A stretch of DNA of 64,000 nucleotides, taken from positions 1 to 64,000 of the IMG/VR virus record IMGVR_UViG_3300011474_000007, one strand, 5' to 3'. This document shows, piece after piece, positions 63,045-64,000 of the stretch. The notes beneath the pieces were generated by a model. It searched no databases. It saw only the letters and a list, made by a program, of their open reading frames with translations, and was not told where the DNA came from. Each line of letters opens with the position of its first letter. Position 1 is the first letter of the stretch. The position numbers and the translations under genes are program-made. This DNA comes from an uncultured virus (IMG/VR IMGVR_UViG_3300011474_000007) (taxonomy: Duplodnaviria > Heunggongvirae > Uroviricota > Caudoviricetes).

Positions 63045-64000
63045 ATGGCTAGTAAACCTAAGATGAAATGCCAAGGTAAATGCCAAGGCACAAAATCAGT
63101 AGATAAATTCTATCGTAGTCAATCTCCAAAACATGAAATATTCGGAGGCTATTGTCCTTATTGTAAAGATTGTTTACAAAAGCTTGTTTATGTAAATGGA
63201 GTTTTCGATATAGAAAAATTAAAATTTGTACTTAAAAATTATTTAGATAAGCCATTTTTCAATGATGTTGTAGATAGTATTATGACTACAAACACATCAA
63301 ATCCTTTAGGAATGTATTTGAAACAGTTAAATCTAAGAAAGCAAGTTGGAAATGACGTCATGACATGGAAAGATGGAGAAACTGGAGAATCTGAAAATGT
63401 AAGGGATAGTAAAGATAATAAATTTGAAAAGAAAAAAATAAGCAAAAAAGATAAAGAAAATATTAAAATCGCACAAAAAGATGTTCTTAAATTATTGGGG
63501 TATGACCCTTTTATTAATGAACCCGAAGATGATAAATACAAATTATATAATAGTTTAATTGATTATTTAGATGAATCTACCTTAGAAGATAGTTTTAAAA
63601 TTCCTACAGTTATACAAATAGTTAAGACTTTTAATCAAGTAGATAAAATAGATAATGCATTAACAGAATATATGAATGATAAATCTAATATAGTTGGAAA
63701 TGCTAGTTCTATTAATACCCTATTTGGAGCTAAAAAAAATATGTTGGCATCGATATTAAATATGGCAAAAGATAATGGAATAAGTGTAAATCATAGTTTA
63801 AATAAATCAAAAGGTGCAGGTACTTTAACAGGTTCAATTAAAAAACTGCAAGATTTAGGATTTAATGAAGCAGAAATTAATCTGTTTAATATTGAAACTT
63901 GCGATGGTATGCAACAAGTAGCAAATGCTAGTAATAAAAGTATTGTACAACAACTTATGTTTGACGAGAATGATTATACCGAAATGATAAAAGAACAACG
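63045..64000 (+). CDS. Zn-finger protein, YonG-like (possible terminase small subunit), truncated by the window end
   Basis: MASKPKMKCQGKC...FY...CPYCKDC...LDKPF...LGYDPF; frame appears open to the window end. Confidence 0.6.
   Translation, partial: MASKPKMKCQGKCQGTKSVDKFYRSQSPKHEIFGGYCPYCKDCLQKLVYVNGVFDIEKLKFVLKNYLDKPFFNDVVDSIMTTNTSNPLGMYLKQLNLRKQVGNDVMTWKDGETGESENVRDSKDNKFEKKKISKKDKENIKIAQKDVLKLLGYDPFINEPEDDKYKLYNSLIDYLDESTLEDSFKIPTVIQIVKTFNQVDKIDNALTEYMNDKSNIVGNASSINTLFGAKKNMLASILNMAKDNGISVNHSLNKSKGAGTLTGSIKKLQDLGFNEAEINLFNIETCDGMQQVANASNKSIVQQLMFDENDYTEMIKEQ

Noticed and set aside
2186..63541. Many 60-106 aa ORFs antisense to or overlapping long genes (e.g. 8327-8581, 12993-13265, 20416-20712, 57738-58058, 63239-63541)
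   Set aside because: Shadow ORFs rich in F/L/S/I, without an RBS, opposite well-supported genes
1..64000. tRNA, rRNA or toxin (e.g. neurotoxin) genes
   Set aside because: None recognised by eye; a tRNA scan was not run

Overview
Very AT-rich segment of a large Clostridium-type phage-plasmid (host inferred from composition and gene content). It combines an SPbeta-like phage gene set with a low-copy plasmid replicon. The phage set includes a DnaE/RecJ/primase/helicase/AAA-ATPase/SSB replication block, class III RNR, a YopQ/YopR(MrpR)-like repressor pair, and YonO-like RNA polymerase, HU, PhoH and YonK/YonJ-like genes. The plasmid functions are Rep flanked by iterons, TubZ/TubR/TubY partitioning and a Xer-like recombinase. 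Genes run mostly on the minus strand left of about 46.5 kb and on the plus strand right of it. Four group I introns can be spliced by eye: two in nrdD, one in dnaE and one in the AAA ATPase. Features the ORF track does not show include: an FtsK/SpoIIIE + Replic_Relax + SpoIIIAC-like membrane-protein module behind two sigma-K-type promoters; a TAAAATAATTTG element repeated in promoter spacers; an intact and a decayed type I toxin-antitoxin-like locus; a LexA-type box; an orphan IS605 right end; and several pseudogenes. All family assignments come from motif recognition, not database searches.
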